Shown here: one piece after another, positions 24,037 through 37,559 of the stretch
How the letters are laid out: each line of letters starts with the position of its first letter
Position numbering within the stretch: position 1 is the first letter of the stretch
DNA from: Lama glama
Taxonomy: Eukaryota
Direction of reading: 5' to 3'
Length of the DNA stretch: 64,000 bases
NCBI GenBank assembly: GCA_028534125.1
Contig: CM052817.1
Coordinates: 53,136,001-53,200,000, forward strand
Notes under the pieces: generated by a model
Seen by the model: the letters and a program-made list of their open reading frames with translations, nothing else
Databases searched by the model: none
Told to the model about the DNA's origin: nothing
Program-made: the position numbers and the translations under genes

Positions 24037-27000
24037 ACATGTGTCATTTTGAATTAAAGTTCCCTCTGGATATATGCCCAGGAGTGGGATTACTAGATAA
24101 TATGGTAAGTCTATTTTAGTTTTTTTTTTTTTTGTTTTTGAGGAATCTCCATACTGTTTTCCATAATGGCTGCACCAAACTACATTCCAACCAACAGTGT
24201 AGGAGGGTTCGCTTTTCTCCACATCCTCTCCAGCATTTATCATCTGTGGACTTTTGAATGATGGCCATTCTGATTGGTGTGAGGTGGTAGCTCATTGTAG
24301 TTTTGATTTGCATTTCTCTGATAATTAGTGATACTAAGCATTTTTTCATGTGCCTGTTGGCCATTTGTATCTTCATTCGAGAATTGCTTGTTTAGGTCTT
24401 CTGCCCATTTTTGGATTGGGCTGTTTGGTTTTTTTCTTACTAAGTTATACGAGCTGTTTATATATTCTGGATATTAATCCCTTGTCAGTCTCATCTTTTG
24501 AAAATATTTTCTCCCATTCTGTAAGTTGTCTTTTTGTTTTGCTTATCATTTCCTTTGCTGTGCAAAAGCTTATAAGTTTAATTAGGTCCCATTTATTTAT
24601 TTATTTTTGCTTTTATTTCTGTTTATTTGGTTGATTGCCCCAGGAGAATATTGCTGAGATTTATGTTAGATAATGTTTTGCCCGTATTTTCTTCTAGGAG
24701 GGTTATAAGTGTCTTGTTTTATGTTTCAGTCTTTAAGCCATTTTGAGTTTATTTTTGTGTATGGTGTGCAAGAGTATTCTAACTTCATTGACTTATATGC
24801 GGCTGTCCAGTTTTCCCAAAACCACTTGCTGAAGAGACTGTCTTTACTCCATTCTATGTTCTTGCCTCCTTTGTGAAAGATTAATTGACCAAAAGTTTGT
24901 GGGTTTATTTCTGGGCTCTCTATTGTGTTCCATTGATTCATATGTCCGTCTTTTTTTTTTTTTAACCAATGTCATGCTGTTTTGATTACTGTAGTTCTGT
25001 AGTATTGTCTGAAATCTGGGAGTGTTACTCCTCCAGCTTCATTGTTTTTCTTCAGTAGTGTTTTGGCAATTCTGGGTCTTTTGTGATTCCATATAAATTT
25101 TAGGATTATTTGTTCTAATTCTGTGAAAAATGTCCTGGGTAATTTGATATGAGATCACATTAAATCTGTAGGTTGCTTTGGGTAGTATGGCCATTTTAAC
25201 AGTATTAATTCTTTCAATCCAAGAACATGGGATATCTTTCCATTTCTTTAAGTCATCTTTAATTTCCTTAGCAAATGTTTCTAGTTATCTGCATATGTCT
25301 TTCACTTCCTTGGTCAGATTTATTCCTAAGTATTGTTTTTGATACAATTTTAAAAGGGATTGTTTCTTTACATTTCTTACCTGATATTTCATTGTTAGTG
25401 TAAAGAAATACCACTGGTTTCTGTATGTTAATCTTGTATCCTGCTACCTTGTTGAATTATTTTATTAGCGCTAATAGTTTTTGTGTGGAGCCTTTAGGGT
25501 TTTATATATATAGTATCATGTCATCTGCATATAATGACAATTTTACCTCTTCCAATTTGGGACCCTTTTCTTTCTTTTTCTTGTCTAATTGGTATGGCTA
25601 GGACTTCCAATACTATGTTGAAATAGAAGTGGTGAGAGTGGACATTCTTGTCTTGTTTGAGATTTTAGCAGAAAGGCTTTCAGTTTCTCACTGTTGAGTA
25701 TATTATGCTGGCTGTAGGTTTGTCATAATTAGGTTTTATTATGTTGAGATATGTTCTCTCTATACCCACTTTAGTAAGAGTTTTTTATCATAAATGAGTA
25801 TTGAATTTTATCCAATGCTTTTTCTGCATCTATTGAGATGATCATGTAATTTTTGGCCTTTCTCTTGTTGATGTGGTGTATCACGCTTATTGATTTGTGT
25901 ATGTTGAACAATCCTTGTGTCCCTGGATGAATCCAACTTGATCATGGTGTATGATTTTCTTTATGTGTTGTTGGATTCTGTTTGCTAATATTTTGTTGAG
26001 GATTTTTGCATGTTCATCAATGGTAATTGGCCTATAGGTTTCTTTTTTGGTAGTGTCTTTGTCTGGCTTTGGTATCAGGGTGATGGTGGCTTCATAGAAT
26101 GAGTTTGGGAGTATTCCCTCCTCTTCAGTCTTTTGGCAGAGTTTGAGAAAAACTGGTATGAGCTCTTCTTTGTATGTTTGATTGAATTCCCCAGTGAAGC
26201 CGTCTGGTCACTGGACTTTTGTTTCCAGGGAGGTTTTTTATTGCTGATTCTATTTTACTTCTAGTGATGGGTCTGTTGAAGTAATCCATTTCCCCTTGAT
26301 TCAGTTTTGGTGGACTGTATGTTTCTAGAAACTTGTCCATTTCTTCTGAGTTGTCCAATTTATTGCCATACAGTTGTTCATAATATTCTTAGGAATTTTT
26401 GTATTTCTGTGGTGTTGGCTGTAATCTCTCCATTTTCACTTCTTATTTTATTTGTGTGCGCCTTTCTTCTTGGTGAGCCTGGCCAGAGATTTGTCAATTT
26501 TGTTTAGTCTTTGAAAAAATCAGCTCTTGGTTTGACTGATTTTTTTTCTATTTTTTTTTAATCTCTATTAAATTTTTTACTCCATGACCTTTATTATTTT
26601 TTTCCTTCTGCTGACTTAGGGTTTTGTTTGCTCTTCTTTCTTCTAATTCTTTTAGGTGGTAGGTCTGGTTGTTTATTTGAGATTGCTCTTTTTTGAGGAA
26701 GGCCTGTATCACTATGAACTTCCTTCTTAGGACTGCTTTTGCTACATCCCATAGATTTTGTGTGGTTGTGTTTTCATTGTCATTTGTCTCCAGGTATTTT
26801 CTAATTTCTTCTTTGATTTCATCATTGATGATGTTTAGTCTCCATGCTGTCATCTTTTTCTCATCTGTTTTTCTGTGGTTGATTTCTAGTTTCATGCCAT
26901 TGTGATCAGAGAAGATGCTTGGAATAATTTCTATCCTCTTAAATTTGTTGATGCTTCTTTTGTGCCTGAGTATGTGGTCTGTTCTATAGAATGTTCTATG

Positions 27001-30000
27001 AGCACCTGAAAAGAATGTATAGTCTGTTTTGGGGGGATGTAATATCCTAAAAATATCAAACGAGTCCAACTGTTCTATTGTGTCATTTAGTATGTCCATT
27101 GCCTTATTGATTTTCTGTCTGGAAGACCTGTCCAGTGATGTTAGTGGGGTCTTAATGTCTCCTATTATTGTATTCCCATCAATTTCTCCCTTTATGTCTA
27201 TTAGGATTTATTTTATATATTTAGGTGCTCCTATATTGGGTGCACATGTTAACAAGTGTAATATCTTCATCTTGTATTGCTCCTTTGATTACTACATAGT
27301 GTCCTTCCTTATCTCTTTTGTTTTAAAGTATGCTTTACCTGATACGAGTTTTGCTACTCCTGCTTTCTTGTCATTTCCATTTGCTTAAATATCTTTTTCC
27401 ATCCTCTCACTTTCAATCTATGTGTGTCCTTCACTCTAAAGTGGGTATCTTGTAGGCAGCATATTGTAGGTTTTTGTTTCATTATCCGATCTGCCCCTCT
27501 GTGTCTTTTGAATGGAGCATTTAGTCCATTGACATTTATAGTAATTATTGATAGATATGTGTTTATAGTCATTTTGAACTTTGTTTTCCAGTTGATTTTG
27601 TATTTCTTCTTTGTTCCTGTCTTTTTGTTTTTCTTTTTTTTTTTTGTGGTTTGATATTTTTCTTTTGTATTAGCTTGGTTTCTTTTTGGTTTTTGTGATT
27701 TTATTGTATGCTTTTGATTTGTGGTTATCCTGTTTTTCAAGTATGCTAACCCCTTACTATATCTGTTTCCTTTAGACTGTTAGCCATGTGGGCTCAAACA
27801 CATCTTAAAAAGAATGAAGGAAAAAAGGTGGGGGAAGAGAGAAAAAAAATCTGTATTTTCTTGCTCCCCTCGCCCACCCTTTATGATCTTGATATTATTT
27901 TTCTTTATTTTTTAATATTCATGTTTATTCTCTTGCAATTTACTGTAGTTATTGCATTTCCAATTATGATTTTCTCATTTCAATAGCTTCCTGTTTCTTT
28001 TCTATTTAGAGTAGACCTTCCAATATTTCTTTTAGCATAGGTTTAGTATTGCTGAATGCTTTTAGTTTTTGCTTGTCTGTCTGTGAAGTTATTTATCTCT
28101 TTTTCTACTCTACAGGATAGTCTTACCAGATAGAATATTCTAGGTTGCAGGTTTTTCTCATTCAGGACTTTGAACATTATCTTGTCACTCCCTTCTAGCC
28201 AGCAGTGTTTGTGTAGAGACATCAGATGAAAGCCTTATGGGGCTTCCCTTGTAATTAACTCTTTGTTTTATCTCTTGCTGCCTTTACAATCCTTTTTTTA
28301 ACGTTAGCCATCTTAATTATAATATGTCTTGGTGTAGGTCTGTTTGGGTTCTTTCCTTCTTTAGGTTTGAAAAGTTTTCTGTCATGATTTCTTCAAATAC
28401 CTTTTCAATCCTCTTTTCTCTTTCTTCTCCTTCTGGGATTCCTATTTTGCATAGGTTGGCATGCTTTGTATTATCCCATAGGTCCATTATATCGCTTTAA
28501 TTGGTTTTTATTTGCTTTTCTGTCTGCTATTCTGAATGGGTAACTTCTGTTATCCTGTCTTCTAAGTCACTTATTTGTTCCTCTGCATTATCCAGTCTGC
28601 TTTTGACTGCCTTTATCTCGGCTCTTATCTCAGCAATTGAGTTTTCTGTTTTTAATTGGCTCTTCTGTGTAGTTTCAATTTCCTTTTTAAAGTATTCTGT
28701 CTCTATTCATAGTCTCTTTTAGTTCCTTCATTGCATTGATCATTCCCTTCTTGAAGTCACGATCTAGTAGACTATCAAGGTCTATTTCATTAATCATTCT
28801 TTCAGAGGATTTCTCTTGTTCTTTTAATTCGGAGTAGTTCCTCTGTTCGTTTTACTTTCATCTCTCTGGATTTAGGAGTATCAGTTATCTACTTTGTTCT
28901 TGAAGTGCTGTTTTACTTTTTGTTTTTATTTAAAATGGGAGAGATCCTGTGTAGATTGTGGGCATCTAATAGTTTTGTTGCAACGGCTGTTCTTAGTATG
29001 GATGGTTGCCACGTCGTCTCTGAGAGTTGGCTGTTATCCCTTTGATTGGGGGGTGTGGTTGGTGTAGTGTTCAGAGCCTGCCTTGATCGTTGTTGAGCCA
29101 GGCCTCTTTTTTTGTTCTGTAGTTGTCACAGCCTTGACAAAGGCCTGGTCTGCTCCCTTGTTGCTGGAATAGAGGCTTCTAGACCCATTTCTGAGCTGTG
29201 ATGTGTAGTAGGCAGTGTTGGACTGCTTCAGCTGGGAAGAAGTGTAGGCAGGAAATGTCCACTGAGAAGTGCCCTCTGTGGTGGTGTCTATCACCTGTTA
29301 TGCGGACTTACAAAATACCCTTTGTTAACACTGCCTTTGTCCCCACCTTAGCTGTCGAAATGTTGGCCACCTGTTCTGATACCCCAAGGTTCTGAGCCCC
29401 AGGAACCACCAGTGCAGATCCACCAGTGTCAGGTGCTAGGACCTGCCATAGCAAGTGTGCAGTCACACACTTGAATCTGTAGTGTGCCACAGTTTGGTGC
29501 AGACCCCAGCCCCACATCCACATATAGTATGGTACACTGGCTTGTTGTAAACACCCATACTTGCCCCCTTCATGAGTCAGAACTCTGCTCACTGCCTGTT
29601 AGTCCTAGAGGCACAGGTCCACAAAGGTTCCAGAGAGCAAATCCACCCTCTCTGCCTGGTCTATAAACAAATCTCAGTCCCTCCCTTGAAGTTGCATGGC
29701 CACAGGGTATAAATTCAGTCTTCAGCCCTGCCTCCTCACAGCAGTGATGGCTATGACCGAGTCCCACTTCTCTTGTAGGGAGAATACACCAACAATGGAG
29801 CCAAGTGCGTCTGCACTGAGCCCCTCTCCCACACACACACACCCCAACAGTGTTTTTTTTTATGGGGATCTGAGGCTGTTCTGCCCACATCCCCAGCTAG
29901 AGCTCACACTGCCCTCCAATCCCCTGAGACTGTCTCTGTGTGGTGGGCAGTGGTTATTGCTTTCTCCTCTGAGCCTTGGAAGCTCCACTTCTGTCCTCAT

Positions 30001-30275
30001 TGACCTCCCTAGAGGGGGCTGGAGAGGGAGTGTTTCCATGTGAGGGTACTTTTCTTCCTATGCAGCTCCCTCCCTGCAGGACCAGTTCTACACCAATTTT
30101 TTCTTTCCCCATTTTTTTCTTATCAGATTTTGTGAGAATCCTCCTGTATTTCAAAATGAGAGACACTCTACCAGAGTTCATTAAGTGTCCCATGTGACTC
30201 AGTGGGTTTGTAGATGTAATTCTTGGTGTATTTGTGGAAGAGGGCGAGCTGTGAGTCTCTCTACTCTGCCCCCTC
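24037..30275 (-). mobile_element. LINE-1 L1-a, body and 5' UTR
   Basis: Continues ORF2 from the break at 14965; ORF2 fragments 24010-27740, ORF1 remnant, 5' UTR. Right TSD copy tacagtctttctt at 30276-30288. Confidence 0.93.
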
Positions 30276-30402
30276 TACAGTCTTTCTTAGTAACTTAGAA
30301 GGACCCATAGTAGATCAAAATAGAAAATCTGAGAGGTTTTCAGCACAACACTTAGAATAATTTTCAATTACATGTAGCAATGTACTTGAAAGGATTTATG
30401 CT

Positions 30403-33400
30403 CATACAGTATTTGTCTTTCTCTAACTTAAATTATCTGTTAACTCCATTCATCTGTTGATGGACATTTAGGTTACTTTGATAGTTTAGCAATTGTAAAT
30501 AATGCTGCTATGAATATTGGAGTGCATGTATCGTTTCAAATTAGTGTCTTTTGTTTGTTTAAGATATATACCCAGGAGTAGAACTGCTGGGTTGTTTGTT
30601 ATTTCTATTTTTACATCCTGAGAAATTTCCCTATTATTTTCCACAGTGGCTGCACTAATTTACATTTTCACCAATAGTGTACAAGGATTCCCTTTGCTAT
30701 ACATTCTCACCAACATTTGTTATTTGTATTCTTTTTGATGATAGCCATTCTGACAGGTTCCTGAGAGGTAATACCTCATTGTGGTTTTGATTTGCATTTC
30801 CCTGAAAATAGCTATATTGAACATTTTTAAGTTTAATGAGGTCCCATTTACTTTTGCTTTTATTTCCCTTGCTTTAGGAGACAGATCCCCCCTCCTCCCA
30901 AAAAAGCTATAATTTATATCAAAGAGTGTTCTGCCTATGTTTTCCTCTAGGAGTTTTATGGTTTCTGGTCTTACATTTTGGTCATTAACCCCTTTAGAGT
31001 TTATCTTTGTATATGATGTTAGAGAATGTTCTAATTTCATTCTTTTACATGTAGCTGTCCAGTTTTCCTACCACCACTTATTGAAGAGACTTTTTCCCCA
31101 ATGTATATTCTTGCCTCCTTTGTTGTAGATTAATTGACCATAAGTGTGTGGATTTATTTCTGGGTGCTCTATCCTGTTCCATTGATCTATGTGTCTGTTT
31201 TTGTGCCAGGACCATAGTGTCTTGATTACTGTAGCTTTTTAGTGTAGTCTGAAGTTAGGAAGCATGATTCCTCCAGCTCTATTCTTCTTTCTCAAGATTG
31301 TTTCGGCTATTCAGGGTCTTTTGTGTTTTCATACAAGTTTAAAATTTTTGTTCTAGCTCTGTGAAAAATGCCCTTGGCATTTTGATAAAGATTACATTGA
31401 ATTTGTACATTACTTTGGGTAGTACAGTCATTTTAACAATTTTAGTTCTTACAATCCAAGAATATGGTATATCTTTTCACCTGTTTGTGTCATCTTCAAT
31501 TTCTTTCATCCATGTTTTATAGGTTTTTTACTTCCTTAGGTAGTTTTATTCCTAGGTATTGTATTTTTTTATGCAATGGTATATGGGATTGTTTTTAATT
31601 TCTGTTTCTGATAGTCCATTGTTAGTGTAACAAATTTCTGTATATTAATTTTATATCCTGTGACCTTACCAAATTTACTGATAAGCTCTAGTAGTTTTCT
31701 GGTAGTGTCTTTAGGATTTTCTATGTATACTATCATGTCGTCTGCAAACAGTGACAGTTTTACTTCTTCCTTTTCAATTTGGATTTATTTACTTTTTTCT
31801 GATTGCTCTAGGACTTCCAATAGTGTATTAAAAAAAAGTGGCAAGAATTGGCATCCTTGTCTTGTTCCCAGTATTAGAGAAATGCTTTCAGCTTTTCACA
31901 GTTCAGTATTATGTTTGCTGTGGCTTTCTCATATATGGCCTTTATTATGTTATCCCTCTATGCTCACTTTCTGGAGATTTTTATCATAAATGGATGTTGA
32001 ATCTGGCAGCAGCAGCTTTTTCTTCAACTAAGGGTTTTTATTCTACAATTTCTAATGTAGTGCATCACAGTGGTATTTGAAATACTGAAAAAATTATTGC
32101 ATCCCTGGGATAAATTTTACTTGATCATGGCATATGATCCTTTTAATGTGTTGTTGGAGTCTGTTTGGTAGTATTTTGTTGAGGACTTTTGCATCTGTGT
32201 TCACCAGTGATATTGGCCTACAGAGTGAGTGAGTGAGTGAGTGTGTGTGGGGGGGGGGTTGAGGGGTGGGGGATATCTTTGTCTGTGTTTGGCATCCAGA
32301 TGATGCTGGATTGTGGAATGGTTTTAGAAGGATTCCTTCCTCTGCAATTTGGAATAGTTTGAGAAGAACAGGTATTAACTCTTCTTTAAATGATAGGTAA
32401 AATTCGCCTGTGAAGCCATCTGGTCCTAGACTTTGCTGGCAGATTTTAAATTTCAATTTCGTTACTAGTTGTTTCTCTGTTCATATCTTAAATTTCAATT
32501 TCATTACTTGTAGTTTGTTCTTATCTTCTATTTCTTCCTGATTCAGTCTTGGGAGATTTGTACCTTTCTAAGAATTTGCCCATTTATTCTAGGTTGTCCA
32601 TTTTATTGGCATAGAGTTGTTCATAGTAGTCTCATGATCCTTTGTATTTCTGTGGTGTTGGTTGTAACTCTTCCTTTTTTGGGGCCCTGTCCTTTTTTTT
32701 TCCTGAGTCTGACTAAAAGTTTATCAATTTTGCTTATCTTTTTAAAGAATCATATTTTAGTTTTATTCATCTTTTCTATTGTTTTTTAGTCTCTATTTCA
32801 TTTATTTATGCTCTGAGCTTTATGATTTATTTTCATCTATTAATTTTGGGTTTGTTTCTTTCTCTAGTTCCTTTAGCTGTAAGTTTCTTTCTCTAATTCC
32901 TTTAGGTGTGAGGTTAGGTTCTTGGTAATATTTTTCTTCCCTGAGGTAAGCTTATATCACTATAAACTTATCTCTTAGAACTGTGTGTGCTGCATTCCAG
33001 AGGTTTTAGATCATTGTCTCTTCATTTTCCTTTGTCTCCAGGTATTTTTTGATTTCCTCTATTATTCAGAGATCCATTGGTTATTTAGTCGCATGTTGTT
33101 TAGCTTCCTGTTGTTTTTTTGTTTGTTTTGTAATTTTTTTCTTATAGTTGAGTTCTAGTCTCATACCATTGTGTTCAGAATAAATGCTTATTTGCTATGA
33201 TTTCAGTGTTCTTAAGTTTACCAAGGCTTGTTTTGTGGCCTAGTATATATCATCTATTCTGGAGAATATTCCATGTGCACTTGAAAAGAATGTATATATT
33301 GTGCTTTCAAAGGGAATATATATATATCAATTAAGTCTTTCTAGTCTAATTAGTGTCATTTAAAGCCAGCGTTCCTTTACTGATTTTCTGTCTGGATGAT

Positions 33401-36400
33401 TTGTCCTTTAATATAAGTAGGGTGTTAAAGTCCCCTACTATTATTGAGTTACTATCAATTTCTTCCTTTTTATCTGTTAATATTTGCTTTACATGTTTAG
33501 GTGCTCCTATGCTGAGTGCATATATATTTCTAATTGTTATTTCTTCTTGCTGGGTTGATCCATTGATCATTACCTAGTGTCTTTCTTTATCTTTTTATTT
33601 TCAATTCTTTATTTCAAGTCTGTCTGATAAAATATTGCTACCCTGGCTTTCTTTAGATTTCCATCTTTGTGGAATATCATTTTTCCATCCTCTCAGTTTC
33701 AGTCTTTGTGTGTCTTTAGATCTGAAGTGAGCCTCTTGTAGGCAGCATGTATATGGGTCTTGTTTTGGTATCCATTCAGTCACTCTGTCTTTTATTGAGC
33801 ATTTATTCCATTTACATTTAAAGTAATTACTGATATGTTCTTATTGCCACTTAATTGTTTGGGGTTATTTTGTAGGCCTTTTTCCCCCTTTTGTTCTCTT
33901 GTGATTTAATGACTATCTTAGTATTATGTTTGGATTCCATTTTATTTGTGTGTGTATAGCTATTACAGATTTTTGGCTTGTGGTTACACTGAGGTTTGTA
34001 TAGCATCTCTCTATATCTATGTTGTAAGTTGTTGATCTCTTAATATCAAATGAAATTTAACAACCCTGCATTTGTACTCTCCTCCCCTCATGAGTACTAT
34101 TTTTGATATATTTGAATCTGTTTTGTGTATCTTTTAACTGCTTATTTTGGATGTAGATAATTTTACTACTTTTGTCTTTTAACCTTCATACCAGCTTTCT
34201 GCGTGGATCATTTCCTGCCTCTACTGTATGTTTGCCTTTATCAGCGAGCTTTTCCATTTTATAATTTTCATGTTTCCAGTTACGGCCTTTCTTTTTCACT
34301 TAGAGAAGTTCCCATAACATTTATTATAAAGGTGTTTTGATATTGCTGAATTCTTTTAACTTTTGCTTGCTCTATCAAATATGAATGAAAAGCACTGCTG
34401 GGTAGAATGTCCTTGCATGTAGATTAATCACTGTATATCATGCCACTCCCTTCTAGCCTTCAGAGTTTCTGCTGAAAAGTCAGCTGATAACCTTATGGGA
34501 GCTCCCTTGTACATTGTTATTTTTCCCTTACTGCCTTTACTCTCTGTGTATCTTTCATTTATGCCATTTTAACTACAATGTATCTTGGTGTGTTCCTCTT
34601 TGGGTTAATCCTGTATGGGACTTTCTGTGCTTCCTGCACCTGGATGACTGTTTGCTTCTCCCGGTTAGGGGAGTTTCCAGCTATTATATCTTCAAATATA
34701 TTCCCATCCTCTTTCTCGCTCATCCTTCTGGGACCCTATAATGTTGCTATCAGTGTGCTTGATGTTGTCCCAGAGGCTTCAAACTGTCCTCATTTCATTG
34801 TTTTTCTGTTCAGCATCAGTGATTTCCACTACTGTCTTCTAGCTTGCTGATCCATTCCTTTGTATCAATTAATCTACTATTGATTACTTTAAGTGTTTTT
34901 CATTTTTGTTTCATTGTTCTTTATATTTCCTAACTGTTAAAAACTTCTAACTTCTCACTCTGTGCATCCATTCTTGTCCTGAGTTCTTTTGTCATCTTTA
35001 CAATCACTGCCCTGAACTTTCTTGGGTAGACTATTTTCACTTCACTTAGTTTTTCCTCTGTGGTTTTATCTTATTCCTTCATCTGGAATATGTTCCTCTG
35101 TCACCTGATTTGTTTGTATTTTTATGTATGTGGTAGGTTAGTTACACCACCTGACCTTAGAGAAGTGGCCTTCTGTAGGAGACATCCTGTGTATCCCGGC
35201 AGTGCATGACCCTCTTATCACCCAAGCTATATGCTCTAGCAGTTCCCTCTATGAGGGGTTTGTGGGTCTTCCTGTTGTGGTGGGTGGACTACTTGGCTGG
35301 TCTTGTAGGCTTGGTTGGCTTCTGGTCTGGTTTGTTTCCAGGTCCTGCCTTATGCAGACACTGCTGGTTGGCGGGGCTGTGTCACAAGGTTTCTAACTGC
35401 AGAACCCCAGGGTCTTTTATCCTTCATATTAGGGGGCCCTATGCTAGTGTTGGATCCCTGGTGGGTAAAGTCAGGGTCTAGAACACTTTGGGATGGTTGC
35501 TCCCCAATTGGTGGCTGAAGCCAGGTCTTCAGGTTAATGCAGACTACTGGCAGGCCAAGCTGGGTTGTGGAGTCTGATTGTAAGGCTGAGGGGTTTGAGA
35601 GCTCATGTCAGGTTATTGGTGGGGGGCGGGGGTACTGCTTCCTGACACAAGTGGGTACAGGCTCGGGGGTGTCCCAAAGCTTGTGTTGGTCTGCCTGATA
35701 GTGGGCAAGGCCAGGGTCCAGCTGGTCCCAGGGCAGTGTGCTTGGACAGGCTGAGTCTATAAGCTGCAAAATTGTGTTTTTCTTTCATCGGTGTCTGCTC
35801 CCTGGTGGGTGAGGCTGGTCCAGAGGCCAGAGCAGGCTTCTAGAATGCAGGGCCACAGTCAGAGATGGCTATGGACTCAGGAGGCCTGTAGCAGCCTGTT
35901 TGCTGACAGATGTGGCTGTGTCCCCACCCAGTTAGTTACCTGGCCTGAGATGTCCCAGCACTGGCACCTACAGGCTATCAGGAGGAGCCAGGTCTTGCTG
36001 CTAAAGAGCTAGAGGGAAGATTCCACAATGGTACCTATCAACACAAGCATCTACATGGTAGAAGGATCTCCCAAGAATGGCTGCTGCCAGTGTCTGTGTC
36101 TCCAGGGTGAACTACAACTGTCCCCTGCCTGTCTGGCAAACTAATTGCAGCAGGTAGGTTTGGCCCAGGCTCCTGTCAAATTATTGCTTTTGCCCTCTTA
36201 GATTAAGCCAAAAATGTCTTGGGGCCCATTTTCCTAGTGTATGACCCCTGGGCTGGGGGAGCCCAATCTGGGGCTCAGACCTCTCCTATGGGAGAACATC
36301 TGCAATGTAATTTTTCTCTAGTTTGTGTGTCACCTACCTGGAAGTACGCGTCTTGACTGTATTGTGAGTCTATCCCTCCTACTCGTCTTTTTGTGGTTCC

Positions 36401-36535
36401 TTCTTATGTCTTTAGTTGTAGAAGATATTTTCTAGTAGGTTCTGGTCATTTTCATCAATGTTTGTTCTGCAAATAGTTGTGACTTTGGTGCACCTCTAAA
36501 AGATGGGCTCAGGGTCTTTCTACTTTCCATCCATC
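30403..36535 (-). mobile_element. Older LINE-1 L1-d, lacking its 3' UTR, with internal deletions
   Basis: ORF2 fragments 30720-33783; ORF 30720-31040 fuses non-adjacent ORF2 parts across a deletion at ~30825. ORF1 and 5' UTR resemble L1-b. Confidence 0.9.
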
Positions 36536-36564
36536 ATTTAGCTGATATCTGCAATTAATTTTAA

Positions 36565-36810
36565 CTAACACATAAGTACTTACTATTTGCCAAACACTCT
36601 TCTAAACAGAAGTTGTACAAATGATAATTCACTTCATAATCATAAGAGTCCTATGGAGTAGGCATTATCATTATTTTAATTTTACATGTGATGAAATTAA
36701 CCCCAGAGAGATTAAGCAAGTTGCCTAAGATCACCTAATTGGTTTGACAGGTGGCTAATATTTCATTCCTAGCAGCCTTGTTCTAGTGTCTGCACACTTA
36801 TCCATGTGAT
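36565..36810 (-). mobile_element. MIR SINE
   Basis: Core-like motif 'attttacatgtgatgaaattaaccccagagagattaagcaagttgcctaagatcac'. Confidence 0.75.
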
Positions 36811-37254
36811 ACTGATTTTTTGACAAAAATATAATCCACTTTGGCAATATACTTATCATGATCCTCCCATATGTCCCTTACTATGTAATAAAGAAATATA
36901 TATTTTCTGGAAATTAAGATAAACAGAATAATCCTGAGAGGTATTAATGCAATATTATCATCTCATACTAGATAAAATAGAACTGGAAGCTATGACTTGA
37001 GAAATTTATTAATGTTCTGCTAACAAACTTACCTATCTACTGGCACCTGGACCCATCTTCAGTTTGCTCCTTTGCTCATCCCAGCTAAGCCAACTTGTTC
37101 CCTCTGGGTTCTGGAATATATTTCCTTCCACTTTTCTAAAGTTTCCATGGTGTATTCTACATATTCCACCCCAAATGGAATTTTCTAACTGCTTGCATGT
37201 AAACAGATTCTCTAAATCCTTTCATCTTGGGGAAAATCTTCCCTCCTCCAAGTC

Positions 37255-37534
37255 TATTCAGTCTATTGTAACAAATTTTGTAAACAAAATTTGCATAGAC
37301 TGGGTGAGTTAAACAACAAACATTTGTTCCTCACTGACAGCCACCTTCTTACTGTGTCCTCACATTGCAAGCGGGGTGAGGGAGATCTCTGGGGTCTCTT
37401 AAAAAGGCACTAATCCCATTAATGGAGGCTTTTGTCCTAATCACCTTTCAAGGCTCCCCTTCTTAGTATCATAACATTGGGGGGTAGCATTTGAACAGAT
37501 GAATTATGGGGGACATAAATATTCAGTCTATAGC
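37255..37534 (-). mobile_element. MaLR LTR (MLT1A-like), internally deleted
   Basis: Motifs 'catagactgggtgagttaaacaacaaacattt', 'ggcactaatcccatt' and 'ggggacataaatattcagtctatagca'. Confidence 0.8.
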
Positions 37535-37559
37535 ACCTCTCTTCTGTCTTTCTGCCTTT

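Noticed and set aside
15590..35000. Many hydrophobic plus-strand ORFs of 60-120 aa
   Set aside because: Antisense shadows of A-rich L1 ORF1/ORF2.
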